Below, piece after piece: positions 9,726 to 18,370 of a stretch of 64,000 nucleotides of DNA. The first letter of the stretch is position 1; the number at the start of each line of letters is the position of its first letter. The notes beneath the pieces were generated by a model. It ran no database searches and was not told where the DNA came from. It was given only the letters and a program-made list of their open reading frames with translations. The translations under genes and the position numbers were made by a program. This DNA is from an uncultured Bacteroidota bacterium. Lineage in GTDB: Bacteria > Bacteroidota > Bacteroidia > Flavobacteriales > Flavobacteriaceae. The stretch lies in the NCBI GenBank assembly GCA_903913315.1, contig CAIWKX010000121.1, positions 11,001-75,000 of the forward strand, in the 5' to 3' direction.

Positions 9726-10538
9726 TTATCTTGTTTTTGGAGGTTCTTCTATTATAATATTATTAATAGTTGTCGTCTTTTCTGCATCCAATTTAACTAA
9801 TCCATTGATAATCGTATCGCCATTTCTAACTTTGATATTGATGGAATGATGAGATGTATCACTAATAATTTGGTTTTCTGCAATATTAAATTTTATAATT
9901 CCACTTCCTTCACCGCTTGCACTAATCAGTAAGTTTTCATTATTCAATACTATCTTTTCTGTGATTGTAAATAGAGCTATATTATTTTTTACGCTATTCA
10001 AGGTGATTTTTTTTGTGATTAAAGTTTTTATCTGATCATTATTAAAAGGCACTGTCAATGGTGCTTTATTTTCAAAACTTTCTCCAATTTTTAAAAGTTT
10101 TTTTGGAAAATCGATGTCGGGTTTTAAATCATTGAAAGCATATTTCAAGGCTGTTCTTGTTTTTTGATTGATCTCATTATTGTATATCGTATCAATTTTA
10201 AATTTATTGTCAACTGAAAGCTGCCCAACTAGTACCGAATTTGATATTGGATTTAAAGATTCTTTTCCTTCGCCAGAAACCGATAAGTTTCCAATTCGCA
10301 TAGACGCAGGCATTACTCCCTCTTTATTTAATTTTTCAGTCGTTGTAGTTCTTGTAACGCTAGTTTTACTTTCGCTTTTAGTTACTTTTTTATCGATAGT
10401 AGTTTCAGTAATGGATGAAATATTCATTTGAAGAGTATACTCTTTTTCAGGATGAATTTTACTTTCAAAACTATACCCCTCTTGACAATAGGTGTAGGAG
10501 GAAAACAAAATAAAAATAAGCAAGCAATATTTTTTCAT
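9726..10538 (-). CDS. Secreted hypothetical protein
   Basis: Signal peptide MKKYCLLIFILFSSYTYCQ when started at ATG 10538 (the track uses TTG 10547). Thr/Ser/Asn-rich with no recognisable motif. Confidence 0.5.
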   Translation of the reverse strand: MKKYCLLIFILFSSYTYCQEGYSFESKIHPEKEYTLQMNISSITETTIDKKVTKSESKTSVTRTTTTEKLNKEGVMPASMRIGNLSVSGEGKESLNPISNSVLVGQLSVDNKFKIDTIYNNEINQKTRTALKYAFNDLKPDIDFPKKLLKIGESFENKAPLTVPFNNDQIKTLITKKITLNSVKNNIALFTITEKIVLNNENLLISASGEGSGIIKFNIAENQIISDTSHHSINIKVRNGDTIINGLVKLDAEKTTTINNIIIEEPPKTR

Positions 10539-10934
10539 TTTTGGCAATTAACTTAGTTTAGTATAAAGTTAAATTTCTCACTTTGAGAAGATTTATATTT
10601 TTCAAATATACAAAACGCATTTAAGGATAATCTTAAAAAAATGTTGTATTCTAAAGTGAAATTTAGTAGCACTATTTTAGTCTAGCGGTAACTATATTAA
10701 AGAGTAATATAAACCTCATAAAATAAATAATGAAGTTAAATTACTGTACTATTTTGATTCAGTAATTCTTATTGTAGTATCAAAAATAAATTCTTCATTC
10801 TCATCCAATTTCAAATCATTATTTAAAAAATAATACCCAATTTCCTTAAAGTAGCATTTGTAGTCCTAAATGAGAAAAACACATAAAAAAGAACGCTAGA
10901 AGTACTCAGAAGACAAAAAAATACCTTCAAACGG

Positions 10935-11144
10935 TCTTCGGACAGCCACAAATTGTCTTCGGACAACTACAAATTGTCTTCGGACATCCACAACTTATCT
11001 TCGGACAACCAAAAACCGTCTTCGGACAACCACATACATTCTTCTGAAAACCTTTTTCTTACTTCTGAAAGGAAAATATTTATTTCTGACAAATAATTGC
11101 TTTCTACTGAAAAGCTAAAATGGTTTACTGATAAAGAATTGAAG
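10935..11144. repeat. Ten-unit tandem array with exact 21-bp register
   Basis: The core TCTTCGGACA starts at 10935, 10956, 10977, 10998 and 11019. Decayed cores follow at 11040 (TCTTCTGAAA), 11061, 11082, 11103 and 11124. There are no indels anywhere in the array. Confidence 0.9.
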
Positions 11145-11212
11145 TTTTTTTTACGTATAAGTTTACCCTAGTAGAGTTATATCTCCAAAAAAAGAAATCA
11201 AAAATAAATAAC

Positions 11213-11243
11213 ATAAAAAAGACCTTCCGCTATGGAAGGTCTT
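11213..11243 (-). terminator. Rho-independent terminator of the SHOCT-domain gene
   Basis: Stem AAGACCTTCC / GGAAGGTCTT with a 5-nt loop, followed on the minus strand by TTTTTT. Confidence 0.7.
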
Positions 11244-11299
11244 CTATGTATATTACGATAAACGATACTTTATTCTAAAATAAAAAAACAACAGAGTGA

Positions 11300-11710
11300 T
11301 TAATGTCCTAAAAGATTTTTCTTTTGCTGCTCAAACTCTGAAGCTGTAATTACACCAGCATCAGCAAGTTCTTTTAATTTTTTTAATTCATCAGCAATAC
11401 TCACCGAACTACCATGAGTATCTTTTTTTGAATTTAATTTTCTTTCTTCTATAGCTTTCTTAATTTGTTTCACTTCGTCTTTAGTAAAACCTGTAGCAGT
11501 CATTTGGGTGCCACCTGCAAAGATAGAAATGGTAGAAAAACCAATCATTGGAGTATCAATTTCTACTGAAGCGATATGATCAAAATCAAATTGTTTAGAT
11601 TCTCCTTTAAATAATCCTGGAATTTTTATGGTTAATCCAGTAGGTTCTAAATAAATTTCTGTTGGAAACATTTTATTTCCTGATGAAAGACGGGATGCAG
11701 TAAATTTCAT
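11300..11710 (-). CDS. Small protein with C-terminal SHOCT domain
   Basis: The C-terminus SIADELKKLKELADAGVITASEFEQQKKNLLG fits the SHOCT short C-terminal motif. The N-terminal ~95 aa looks PH-like/beta-rich. Confidence 0.6.
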   Translation of the reverse strand: MKFTASRLSSGNKMFPTEIYLEPTGLTIKIPGLFKGESKQFDFDHIASVEIDTPMIGFSTISIFAGGTQMTATGFTKDEVKQIKKAIEERKLNSKKDTHGSSVSIADELKKLKELADAGVITASEFEQQKKNLLGH

Positions 11711-11901
11711 TACTATATAAGTTAAATTTTAGTATTTGCTTTAAGACATGCCAAAGGTACAAAAATCTCTAAATAATAGTATCACAATATAAAACATAGC
11801 GGAATAACTTTTTTCTTTAATATTAAAAGTGTTTTCAAATTAAAATATTTATTTTTAAGCTACAATTAAGTTGTATTATTCGTTTGACAAGGATAAATAA
11901 A

Positions 11902-11909
11902 TACTTTTG
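11902..11909 (+). promoter_or_regulatory. Candidate -7 box (TACTTTTG) for the His-rich protein gene
   Basis: Matches TAnnTTTG 31 nt upstream of ATG 11940. A TTTG at 11883..11886 could serve as the -33 element. Confidence 0.4.
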
Positions 11910-11939
11910 AAATTATTAACTAATTAAAAAAATCAAATT

Positions 11940-12209
11940 ATGAAAAAAAAAATTGCAACAATGTCTTTAATGGCATTCCTTTTAGCCGGTACTGTAAATG
12001 CTCAAGAACAAAGACCTCAAGAAAAAGATAAAAAAGAGCACCACGACCACGATAAGGATAAAAAAGAAGGACGAGAAAAAGAGCATCATAAAAAAGGAGA
12101 ACACGAAGGTGATTACAAAAGAGATCACAAAGTAGAGCATAAGGGTGATCATAAAGGAGAATACAAAGATGACCACAAAAAAGAAGGAAACGAAAATGAA
12201 AAAAGATAA
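11940..12209 (+). CDS. Secreted histidine-rich, highly charged mini-protein
   Basis: Signal peptide MKKKIATMSLMAFLLAGTVNA. The mature ~67 aa are almost entirely K/E/D/H/G, with 10 His and xDHK/xEHK quasi-repeats. It has its own promoter box and terminator. Confidence 0.6.
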   Translation: MKKKIATMSLMAFLLAGTVNAQEQRPQEKDKKEHHDHDKDKKEGREKEHHKKGEHEGDYKRDHKVEHKGDHKGEYKDDHKKEGNENEKR

Positions 12210-12240
12210 GTTGTCTTTTTAAAATAGCATACAAAAGAAA

Positions 12241-12268
12241 GTGCTTGAAAATTTCAAGCACTTTTTTT
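12241..12268. terminator. Bidirectional terminator hairpin between the His-rich gene and acr3
   Basis: GTGCTTGAAA / TTTCAAGCAC arms with TTTTTTT downstream and an A-rich stretch upstream. Confidence 0.7.
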
Positions 12269-12301
12269 ATTGTACAAAAGTAATTGCTATCTGATAATTT
12301 C

Positions 12302-13333
12302 TTATTTGTAATATTTTTTGCGTAACCAAAAAGCGACATTGACTAAGATAATTAAAGCAGGAACTTCTACCAACGGACCAATAACACCAGCAAAAGCTTG
12401 ACCACTATTAATACCAAAAACACCAATAGAAACGGCTATCGCCAATTCAAAATTATTGCCAGAAGCGGTAAAGGAAATAGCGGCATTGTCACGATAATCG
12501 GCACCCACTTTTTTACCTACAAAAAACATGAGTAAAAACATAATGGCAAAGAAAATCATCAAAGGAATAGCTATTCTTATAACATCAAAAGGCAATTGCA
12601 CAATCATCTGCCCTTTTAAACTGAACATCACTACAATAGTAAAAAGCAAAGCAATCAATGTAATGGGAGAAACAAACGGAAGAAACTTTTGGTTAAACCA
12701 TACATCTCCAGAAAATTTCTTTATCAAAAATCGACTGGTTACCGCTAAAGTAAATGGTATTCCGAGGTAAATCCCAACCGTTGAAGCGATTTGTGAAATG
12801 GTAATATTCAATGCTAATCCTTTAATCCCAAATAAGGGCAACATAATTTCCAAATAAAAATAAGCATACAAACTAAAAAACAAAACTTGCAATAAACTAT
12901 TAATCCCAACTAAACCTGCCGTTAATTCACGATTACCTTCCGCTAATTCGTTCCATACAATAACCATAGCAATACAGGGAGCAAGTCCAATAATAATTAA
13001 TCCCGTCATGTATTCTGGATAGTCTTTAAGGAAGAAAATAGACAGCAAGAACATCAAAAAAGGACCAACAATCCACGTGATTATGAAGGACGCCAGTACT
13101 ATTTTGGGTTTCTTAAACATCAGGGGGATCTTGCTAAAATCCACTTTAGTTAATGGCGGATACATCATTAATATCAAGCCAATTGCCAAAGGAACATTAG
13201 TTGTTCCAGAAGAAAATGAATTGATAAAATTAGCCGAATTTGGAATAAAATATCCTATACCAACCCCCATAAGCATGGCCAAAAAGATCCAAAGCGTTAA
13301 AAATCGATCTAAAAAATTAAGCCTTTTTTTCAT
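12302..13333 (-). CDS. acr3: ACR3-family arsenite efflux transporter
   Basis: Polytopic membrane protein of 343 aa with the conserved GLAPCIAMV segment. It is the last gene of an ars operon. Confidence 0.9.
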   Translation of the reverse strand: MKKRLNFLDRFLTLWIFLAMLMGVGIGYFIPNSANFINSFSSGTTNVPLAIGLILMMYPPLTKVDFSKIPLMFKKPKIVLASFIITWIVGPFLMFLLSIFFLKDYPEYMTGLIIIGLAPCIAMVIVWNELAEGNRELTAGLVGINSLLQVLFFSLYAYFYLEIMLPLFGIKGLALNITISQIASTVGIYLGIPFTLAVTSRFLIKKFSGDVWFNQKFLPFVSPITLIALLFTIVVMFSLKGQMIVQLPFDVIRIAIPLMIFFAIMFLLMFFVGKKVGADYRDNAAISFTASGNNFELAIAVSIGVFGINSGQAFAGVIGPLVEVPALIILVNVAFWLRKKYYK

Positions 13334-13342
13334 TTCTTTTAT

Positions 13343-13945
13343 TTAGTTTATTTGAGAAAATACAAAATACATTTCTGCAGCTATTTCCCTACTGCGTTCA
13401 GCATATTTTTCGTCCATTACATCAGTTCCATCATATATTTTGGGGTCATCGTATCGTATAGGTAAGCGTTGTTCTGCTCCTGCAATAAAAGGACAACCCT
13501 CATCGGCAGACGAACAGGTCATAATAGCTGCAAATTGAGAATCGGGATTAAAAGCATCATCAAAGGTTTTTGAAAAACAAATGACAGGATGTTCATTTAA
13601 AGCATATTTAATGGCATAAACAGGATTGGCAGTAGCACTTAATTGCTGAACGTCAAATCCTTGTTTTTGCAAAGTCTCTCCTACTTTGGGAAACATTGCC
13701 GTAGCCTCAGTTCCTCCCGAATAGCAAACTACATTTTTAATTCCAAAATGAAAAGCCATAGTTTGTGCCCATAGTTGCGACAAATGACTTCTGCGAGAAT
13801 TGTGCGTGCAAATAAAATTCAAACGAATATCTTGATGGTCTGCTACTTTCATTTGAATATAATCAATCAAAGGTTGTAACACTTCCTTTCGTTCGTTTGA
13901 AATTGTAATTTTAGCAATGGAGGCAATTGTTTCAGATAGATTCAT
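13343..13945 (-). CDS. arsC: Arsenate reductase of the low-molecular-weight phosphotyrosine phosphatase type
   Basis: CX5R P-loop CTHNSRRS plus downstream Cys residues (VVCYSGG, MTCSSADEGCP). Lies in an ars operon. Confidence 0.75.
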   Translation of the reverse strand: MNLSETIASIAKITISNERKEVLQPLIDYIQMKVADHQDIRLNFICTHNSRRSHLSQLWAQTMAFHFGIKNVVCYSGGTEATAMFPKVGETLQKQGFDVQQLSATANPVYAIKYALNEHPVICFSKTFDDAFNPDSQFAAIMTCSSADEGCPFIAGAEQRLPIRYDDPKIYDGTDVMDEKYAERSREIAAEMYFVFSQIN

Positions 13946-13987
13946 GGATGATTTTTGAATTAGGATACTTTTTAATTAGAATAGCAA

Positions 13988-14464
13988 TTAACAACAACCT
14001 GAATTTGGGGTGCAACATGAAGTTTCTTTTTGCTTCCACTCGCCTATTTTAACCTTCATTTTCTCTGGCGGAATTCCACAATGGTCTTTTGCCAAACAAT
14101 CGGTGATTTTTGATTGCAGTCGAAAGTTAGTGCCATCAAAATCAAGACTGAATTTACCAATAGTATCTTTCATTTGATATTCCACTTCAATCTCTAAATC
14201 TGGAATTTGCAAGGTAGCTTCCGACAATTCAATAATATGAAGTAATTTTTCAGGATGCAATCGATGATCATAATCATTTGCTTCCCAAAGTTGAAAATTA
14301 ACTACTTCTTCAGTTCGCACAACACCACCGCAATCAATAAAATGTTTGGTTATTTTGCCAATTTCAGTCACGTGAAAATGATTGGGAACTAGGTCACCAT
14401 TCGGCAATTGAAACGCAATGGTAGTAAGCTTTTGCAATTCGTTCTTAATTTCTGATAATTTCAT
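13988..14464 (-). CDS. DUF6428-like ars-operon protein with Cys-rich C-terminal tail
   Basis: FQLPNGDLVPNHFHVTEIGKITKHFIDCGG...LEIEVEYQ matches my memory of DUF6428. The tail is ETSCCTPNSGCC. Confidence 0.65.
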   Translation of the reverse strand: MKLSEIKNELQKLTTIAFQLPNGDLVPNHFHVTEIGKITKHFIDCGGVVRTEEVVNFQLWEANDYDHRLHPEKLLHIIELSEATLQIPDLEIEVEYQMKDTIGKFSLDFDGTNFRLQSKITDCLAKDHCGIPPEKMKVKIGEWKQKETSCCTPNSGCC

Positions 14465-14496
14465 TATTTAGAATATTTTAGATTGTTTAACGTACA

Positions 14497-14820
14497 TCAA
14501 CAACATTTATCTTTTAATTGTTTGGTAATAGAACTGAAATGACGTTCAATTTTATGAATGATTTCTGGATTAATACAATAACAAATAGCCGTACCATCAA
14601 TATTTCCTTTGATGATATTCGCGTTTTTCAACTCTTTCAAATGTTGTGAAACTGTCGGTTGCGCCAATGGTAATTCGTTTACAATATCCCCACAAATACA
14701 ACTATCAACAGACAATAAATAATCTACAATAGCCACTCTAGCAGGATGTGACAAAGCTTTAAATAAAGTTGCAATTTCATTGTGTTCTACTGAAAATGAT
14801 TCTGATTTTGATGCTCCCAT
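14497..14820 (-). CDS. arsR: ArsR/SmtB-family metalloregulator
   Basis: Winged-helix segment ALSHPARVAIVDYL, a CICGDI metal-site motif and a C-terminal CC. It is the first gene of the ars operon. Confidence 0.85.
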   Translation of the reverse strand: MGASKSESFSVEHNEIATLFKALSHPARVAIVDYLLSVDSCICGDIVNELPLAQPTVSQHLKELKNANIIKGNIDGTAICYCINPEIIHKIERHFSSITKQLKDKCC

Positions 14821-14841
14821 ACGGTTTTACTTATTTTTATA

Positions 14842-14855
14842 TTGCAATATTACAA
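14842..14855. promoter_or_regulatory. Imperfect palindrome TTGCAATATTACAA, candidate ArsR operator
   Basis: 12 of 14 positions are self-complementary. It lies 22 nt upstream of the arsR start in the arsR/tpx divergent region. Confidence 0.3.
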
Positions 14856-14953
14856 TAAAAGAATAATACAAAGCAACTAGTAGAACAAAAATCGTCTTTA
14901 TACCCATTTCGAAAATTCCCAATTCCTAATTCTTAATTCCTAAATATTTTCAC

Positions 14954-14961
14954 TACTTTTG
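14954..14961 (+). promoter_or_regulatory. Candidate -7 box (TACTTTTG) for tpx
   Basis: Matches TAnnTTTG 24 nt upstream of ATG 14985. Confidence 0.4.
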
Positions 14962-14984
14962 AAATCTTAAAAAAACAAAGAAAA

Positions 14985-15482
14985 ATGGCAACAATTACAT
15001 TAGGCGGAAACCCAATAAACACGAGTGGTTCGTTACCAGTAGTGGGCTCAAAAGCACCTGATTTTAATTTAGTAAAAAATGATTTATCAACAACAACACT
15101 AGCAGATTTTGCAGGTAGTAAGTTGGTTTTAAATATATTTCCAAGTATCGATACAGGAACTTGTGCTACATCGGTAAGAACTTTTAATACCAAAGCGAGC
15201 ACTTTAGAAAACACTAAAGTACTATGCATTTCTAGAGATTTGCCCTTTGCTCAAAAACGTTTTTGTGGTGCGGAAGGTTTAGAGAATGTAATCAACCTTT
15301 CCGATTTTAAAGACGGAAGCTTTGGAAAAAACTATGGTTTAACAATCGTTGATGGTCCACTGGAAGGCTTACATTCAAGAGTGGTACTTATTGTGGATGA
15401 AAATGGTATTGTTAAATATGCTGAACAAGTTTCAGAAATTGCAAACGAACCTAATTACGATGCTGCCTTAGGCGCTTTATAA
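14985..15482 (+). CDS. tpx: Thiol peroxidase
   Basis: 165 aa with the peroxidatic Cys context FPSIDTGTCATS and a resolving Cys in KRFCGAEG. Confidence 0.9.
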   Translation: MATITLGGNPINTSGSLPVVGSKAPDFNLVKNDLSTTTLADFAGSKLVLNIFPSIDTGTCATSVRTFNTKASTLENTKVLCISRDLPFAQKRFCGAEGLENVINLSDFKDGSFGKNYGLTIVDGPLEGLHSRVVLIVDENGIVKYAEQVSEIANEPNYDAALGAL

Positions 15483-15491
15483 TAGAATTGT

Positions 15492-15863
15492 ATGGAATTT
15501 GAAAGAGATAAATCTTTTTTAGCAGGACGATTCAAAAGTATGGGATTTGCCTTGAAAGGCGCCTTCAAACTGATTACCACCGAACACAGCGTTATGGTTC
15601 AAAGTTCCATTGGTGTGTTAATGATTATTGCAGGTTTCTATTTTCATATTTCACATGAAGAATGGTTAATACAAACCTTAGCTATAGGTTTAGTTTTAGG
15701 AATAGAAGGTTTGAATACAGCAGTTGAAAAAGTAGCTGATTTTATTCACCCAGAATACCACGAACGAATTGGATTTATTAAAGACATTGCCGCTGGTTCT
15801 GTTTTTTTTGCTGCAATGACGGCAATTGCAATTGGTTGTATTATTTACATCCCAAAAATTTAA
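15492..15863 (+). CDS. dgkA: Diacylglycerol kinase family protein
   Basis: 123 aa, three TM segments, and the conserved IEGLNTAVEKVAD segment. Confidence 0.8.
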   Translation: MEFERDKSFLAGRFKSMGFALKGAFKLITTEHSVMVQSSIGVLMIIAGFYFHISHEEWLIQTLAIGLVLGIEGLNTAVEKVADFIHPEYHERIGFIKDIAAGSVFFAAMTAIAIGCIIYIPKI

Positions 15864-15894
15864 TCTATATTAGAGTCGGAAAATTCAGTAAATA

Positions 15895-18366
15895 ATGGCT
15901 AAAACAGTAAAAAAAGAAAATACAAAAGCAACAGAGTTGGGAGAAAAGCTTCCATGGAAAATGAAAAGACAATACAAAGTGATTTTTGGTTGCCTTTTGG
16001 TCCTGCTATCTGTTGGTTTATTAGTAGCTTTTATTTCATTTTTCATGTACGGTCAGCAAGATCAAAGTATCGTAACTGATTTAACCAATCGAAATGAAAC
16101 AGCCAGCAATTGGTTGGGTAAGTTAGGGGCTTATCTATCTGATTTATTTATTTACAAAGGATTCGGTGCCGCATCCTTCCTATTTGTCAAGCTATTCTTT
16201 TTAACAGGTGCTTTTATGGTGCTTGATTTACCTTTAAAAAAATTAAAAACCACTTGGTTTTGGGACCTATTTGCCATAATCATCCTTTCCATCTTATTAG
16301 GTTTCTTTGCAAATTCTATTCCTGAACTAGGTGGAACCATTGGTTATGAAATGAATTTATTCTTCCAAGATTATATAGGAAAAACGGGGACTTTACTAGT
16401 CTTAATCTTTGGAGTACTCATATATTTGATATTCAAAATCAAATTATCTCCAGATACCATCAAAACATTCTTTGAAAGAAAACACCACGAAATAAACGAA
16501 GATTTAGCAGACATGAAAACTACAACTTCAGACGTGGATACTGCTGCTTATAACCTCGAAGAATATGCAATTGAAGATCTTCAGGATGATTTAGAAGACA
16601 GCATTGAAGAACCTTATATAAAACCTAGTTCTCAATTTGAAGTAAATAAAGAAGCTTTAAAACCAACCATTTCCAGTTATTCTGAAATTGAATTAGAGCC
16701 CACTTTAAAAAATGAACCAGCTACTTCTCCAAAACTGCAAATAACAGAACCTGAAATAATCAAAACGAACGATGAGGCTTTTGTAATTGAAAAATCACAA
16801 GATGAAGACATTGTAGAAGAGAATTTGGCAGCAAGACTAGTAGCAGATTTTGGTTTATTTGATCCAACTTTAGAATTATCAAATTATAAATTCCCAACTA
16901 TCGACTTGTTAAAAGAATACAGTTCAGTGGGAATTACAATCAATCAAGAAGAATTAGAAGAAAATAAAAACAAAATTGTAGAAACGCTTCGCAACTACAA
17001 AATTGATATCGCACAAATTAAAGCTACCGTAGGTCCATCAGTGACTTTATACGAAATTGTGCCCGAAGCTGGAATTAGAATTTCAAAAATAAAAAGTTTA
17101 GAAGACGATATTGCATTATCGCTGTCCGCTTTAGGAATCCGTATCATTGCTCCTATCCCAGGAAAAGGAACGATTGGAATTGAAGTTCCAAATAAGAATC
17201 CTACTATGGTTCCCATGAAAACAGTCATCGCATCGGCTAAATTTCAGGAAGCCGAAATGGAACTTCCAATTGCTTTAGGTAAAACTATTGCTAACGAAAC
17301 CTTTGTATTTGATTTAGCTAAAATGCCTCACCTATTGATGGCTGGAGCAACAGGACAGGGAAAATCAGTAGGTTTAAATGCGGTACTAACTTCTCTTTTA
17401 TACAAAAAACATCCCGCCGAAGTAAAATTTGTTTTGGTAGATCCTAAGAAAGTTGAATTAACGCTTTTCAATAAAATAGAAAGACATTATTTAGCCAAAC
17501 TTCCCGATTCTGAAGACGCAATCATAACAGACAATAGCAAAGTAATTAATACGTTAAATTCGCTTTGTATCGAAATGGACAACCGATATTCATTGTTAAA
17601 GGATGCGATGGTTCGTAACATAAAAGAATACAATGAGAAATTCAAAGCACGTAAATTAAATCCGGAACACGGACACCAATTCTTACCTTACATAGTATTG
17701 GTAGTGGATGAATTCGCCGATTTAATCATGACAGCTGGTAAAGAAGTAGAAATCCCAATAGCCCGTTTGGCTCAATTAGCTCGTGCCATCGGAATTCACT
17801 TAATCATTGCCACACAAAGACCCTCAGTAAATGTTATTACAGGTATGATTAAAGCCAACTTTCCTGCTCGAATAGCTTTTAGAGTAACTTCTAAAATTGA
17901 TTCAAGAACAATCTTAGATTCAGGTGGAGCTGACCAACTAATAGGACGTGGTGATTTATTGTTTTCTAATGGAAATGACTTAGTTCGCGTACAATGCGCT
18001 TTTGTTGATACTCCAGAAGTTGAAAAAATTGTTGATTATATTGGTGCACAAAAAGCATATCCTACTGCTTTTATGCTTCCTGAATATGTTGGAGAAGACG
18101 GTGGCAATGTGAAATTAGACATCGATATTTCTGAAAGAGATGTGATGTTTAGGGAAGCGGCAGAAATAATAGTAACTGCCCAACAGGGTTCGGCATCATT
18201 ATTGCAAAGAAAATTGAAATTGGGTTACAATCGTGCTGGAAGATTGATTGATCAATTAGAAGCGGCTGGAATTGTGGGTCCTTTTGAAGGTAGTAAAGCC
18301 AGAAATGTAAACATTCCTGACTTAAGCTCTTTGGAACAATTTTTAAATAATGAACAAAATAATTAG
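15895..18366 (+). CDS. ftsK: DNA translocase FtsK/SpoIIIE
   Basis: N-terminal TM domain, acidic linker, Walker A GATGQGKS, and a gamma winged-helix domain (SASLLQRKLKLGYNRAGRLIDQLE). Confidence 0.9.
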   Translation: MAKTVKKENTKATELGEKLPWKMKRQYKVIFGCLLVLLSVGLLVAFISFFMYGQQDQSIVTDLTNRNETASNWLGKLGAYLSDLFIYKGFGAASFLFVKLFFLTGAFMVLDLPLKKLKTTWFWDLFAIIILSILLGFFANSIPELGGTIGYEMNLFFQDYIGKTGTLLVLIFGVLIYLIFKIKLSPDTIKTFFERKHHEINEDLADMKTTTSDVDTAAYNLEEYAIEDLQDDLEDSIEEPYIKPSSQFEVNKEALKPTISSYSEIELEPTLKNEPATSPKLQITEPEIIKTNDEAFVIEKSQDEDIVEENLAARLVADFGLFDPTLELSNYKFPTIDLLKEYSSVGITINQEELEENKNKIVETLRNYKIDIAQIKATVGPSVTLYEIVPEAGIRISKIKSLEDDIALSLSALGIRIIAPIPGKGTIGIEVPNKNPTMVPMKTVIASAKFQEAEMELPIALGKTIANETFVFDLAKMPHLLMAGATGQGKSVGLNAVLTSLLYKKHPAEVKFVLVDPKKVELTLFNKIERHYLAKLPDSEDAIITDNSKVINTLNSLCIEMDNRYSLLKDAMVRNIKEYNEKFKARKLNPEHGHQFLPYIVLVVDEFADLIMTAGKEVEIPIARLAQLARAIGIHLIIATQRPSVNVITGMIKANFPARIAFRVTSKIDSRTILDSGGADQLIGRGDLLFSNGNDLVRVQCAFVDTPEVEKIVDYIGAQKAYPTAFMLPEYVGEDGGNVKLDIDISERDVMFREAAEIIVTAQQGSASLLQRKLKLGYNRAGRLIDQLEAAGIVGPFEGSKARNVNIPDLSSLEQFLNNEQNN

Positions 18367-18370
18367 TAAA

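Noticed and set aside
10935-11144. The 21-bp repeat array as a CRISPR locus
   Set aside because: The units are contiguous with no unique spacers, they decay progressively, and no cas genes or leader are nearby.
11938-12339. 133-aa and 64-aa minus-strand ORFs overlapping the His-rich gene
   Set aside because: They are mirror images of the biased AAA/GAA/CAT-rich codons of the plus-strand gene and give low-complexity Leu/Phe strings. The longer ORF runs through the bidirectional terminator and has no signal or promoter of its own. The plus-strand gene has a signal peptide, a promoter box and a terminator.
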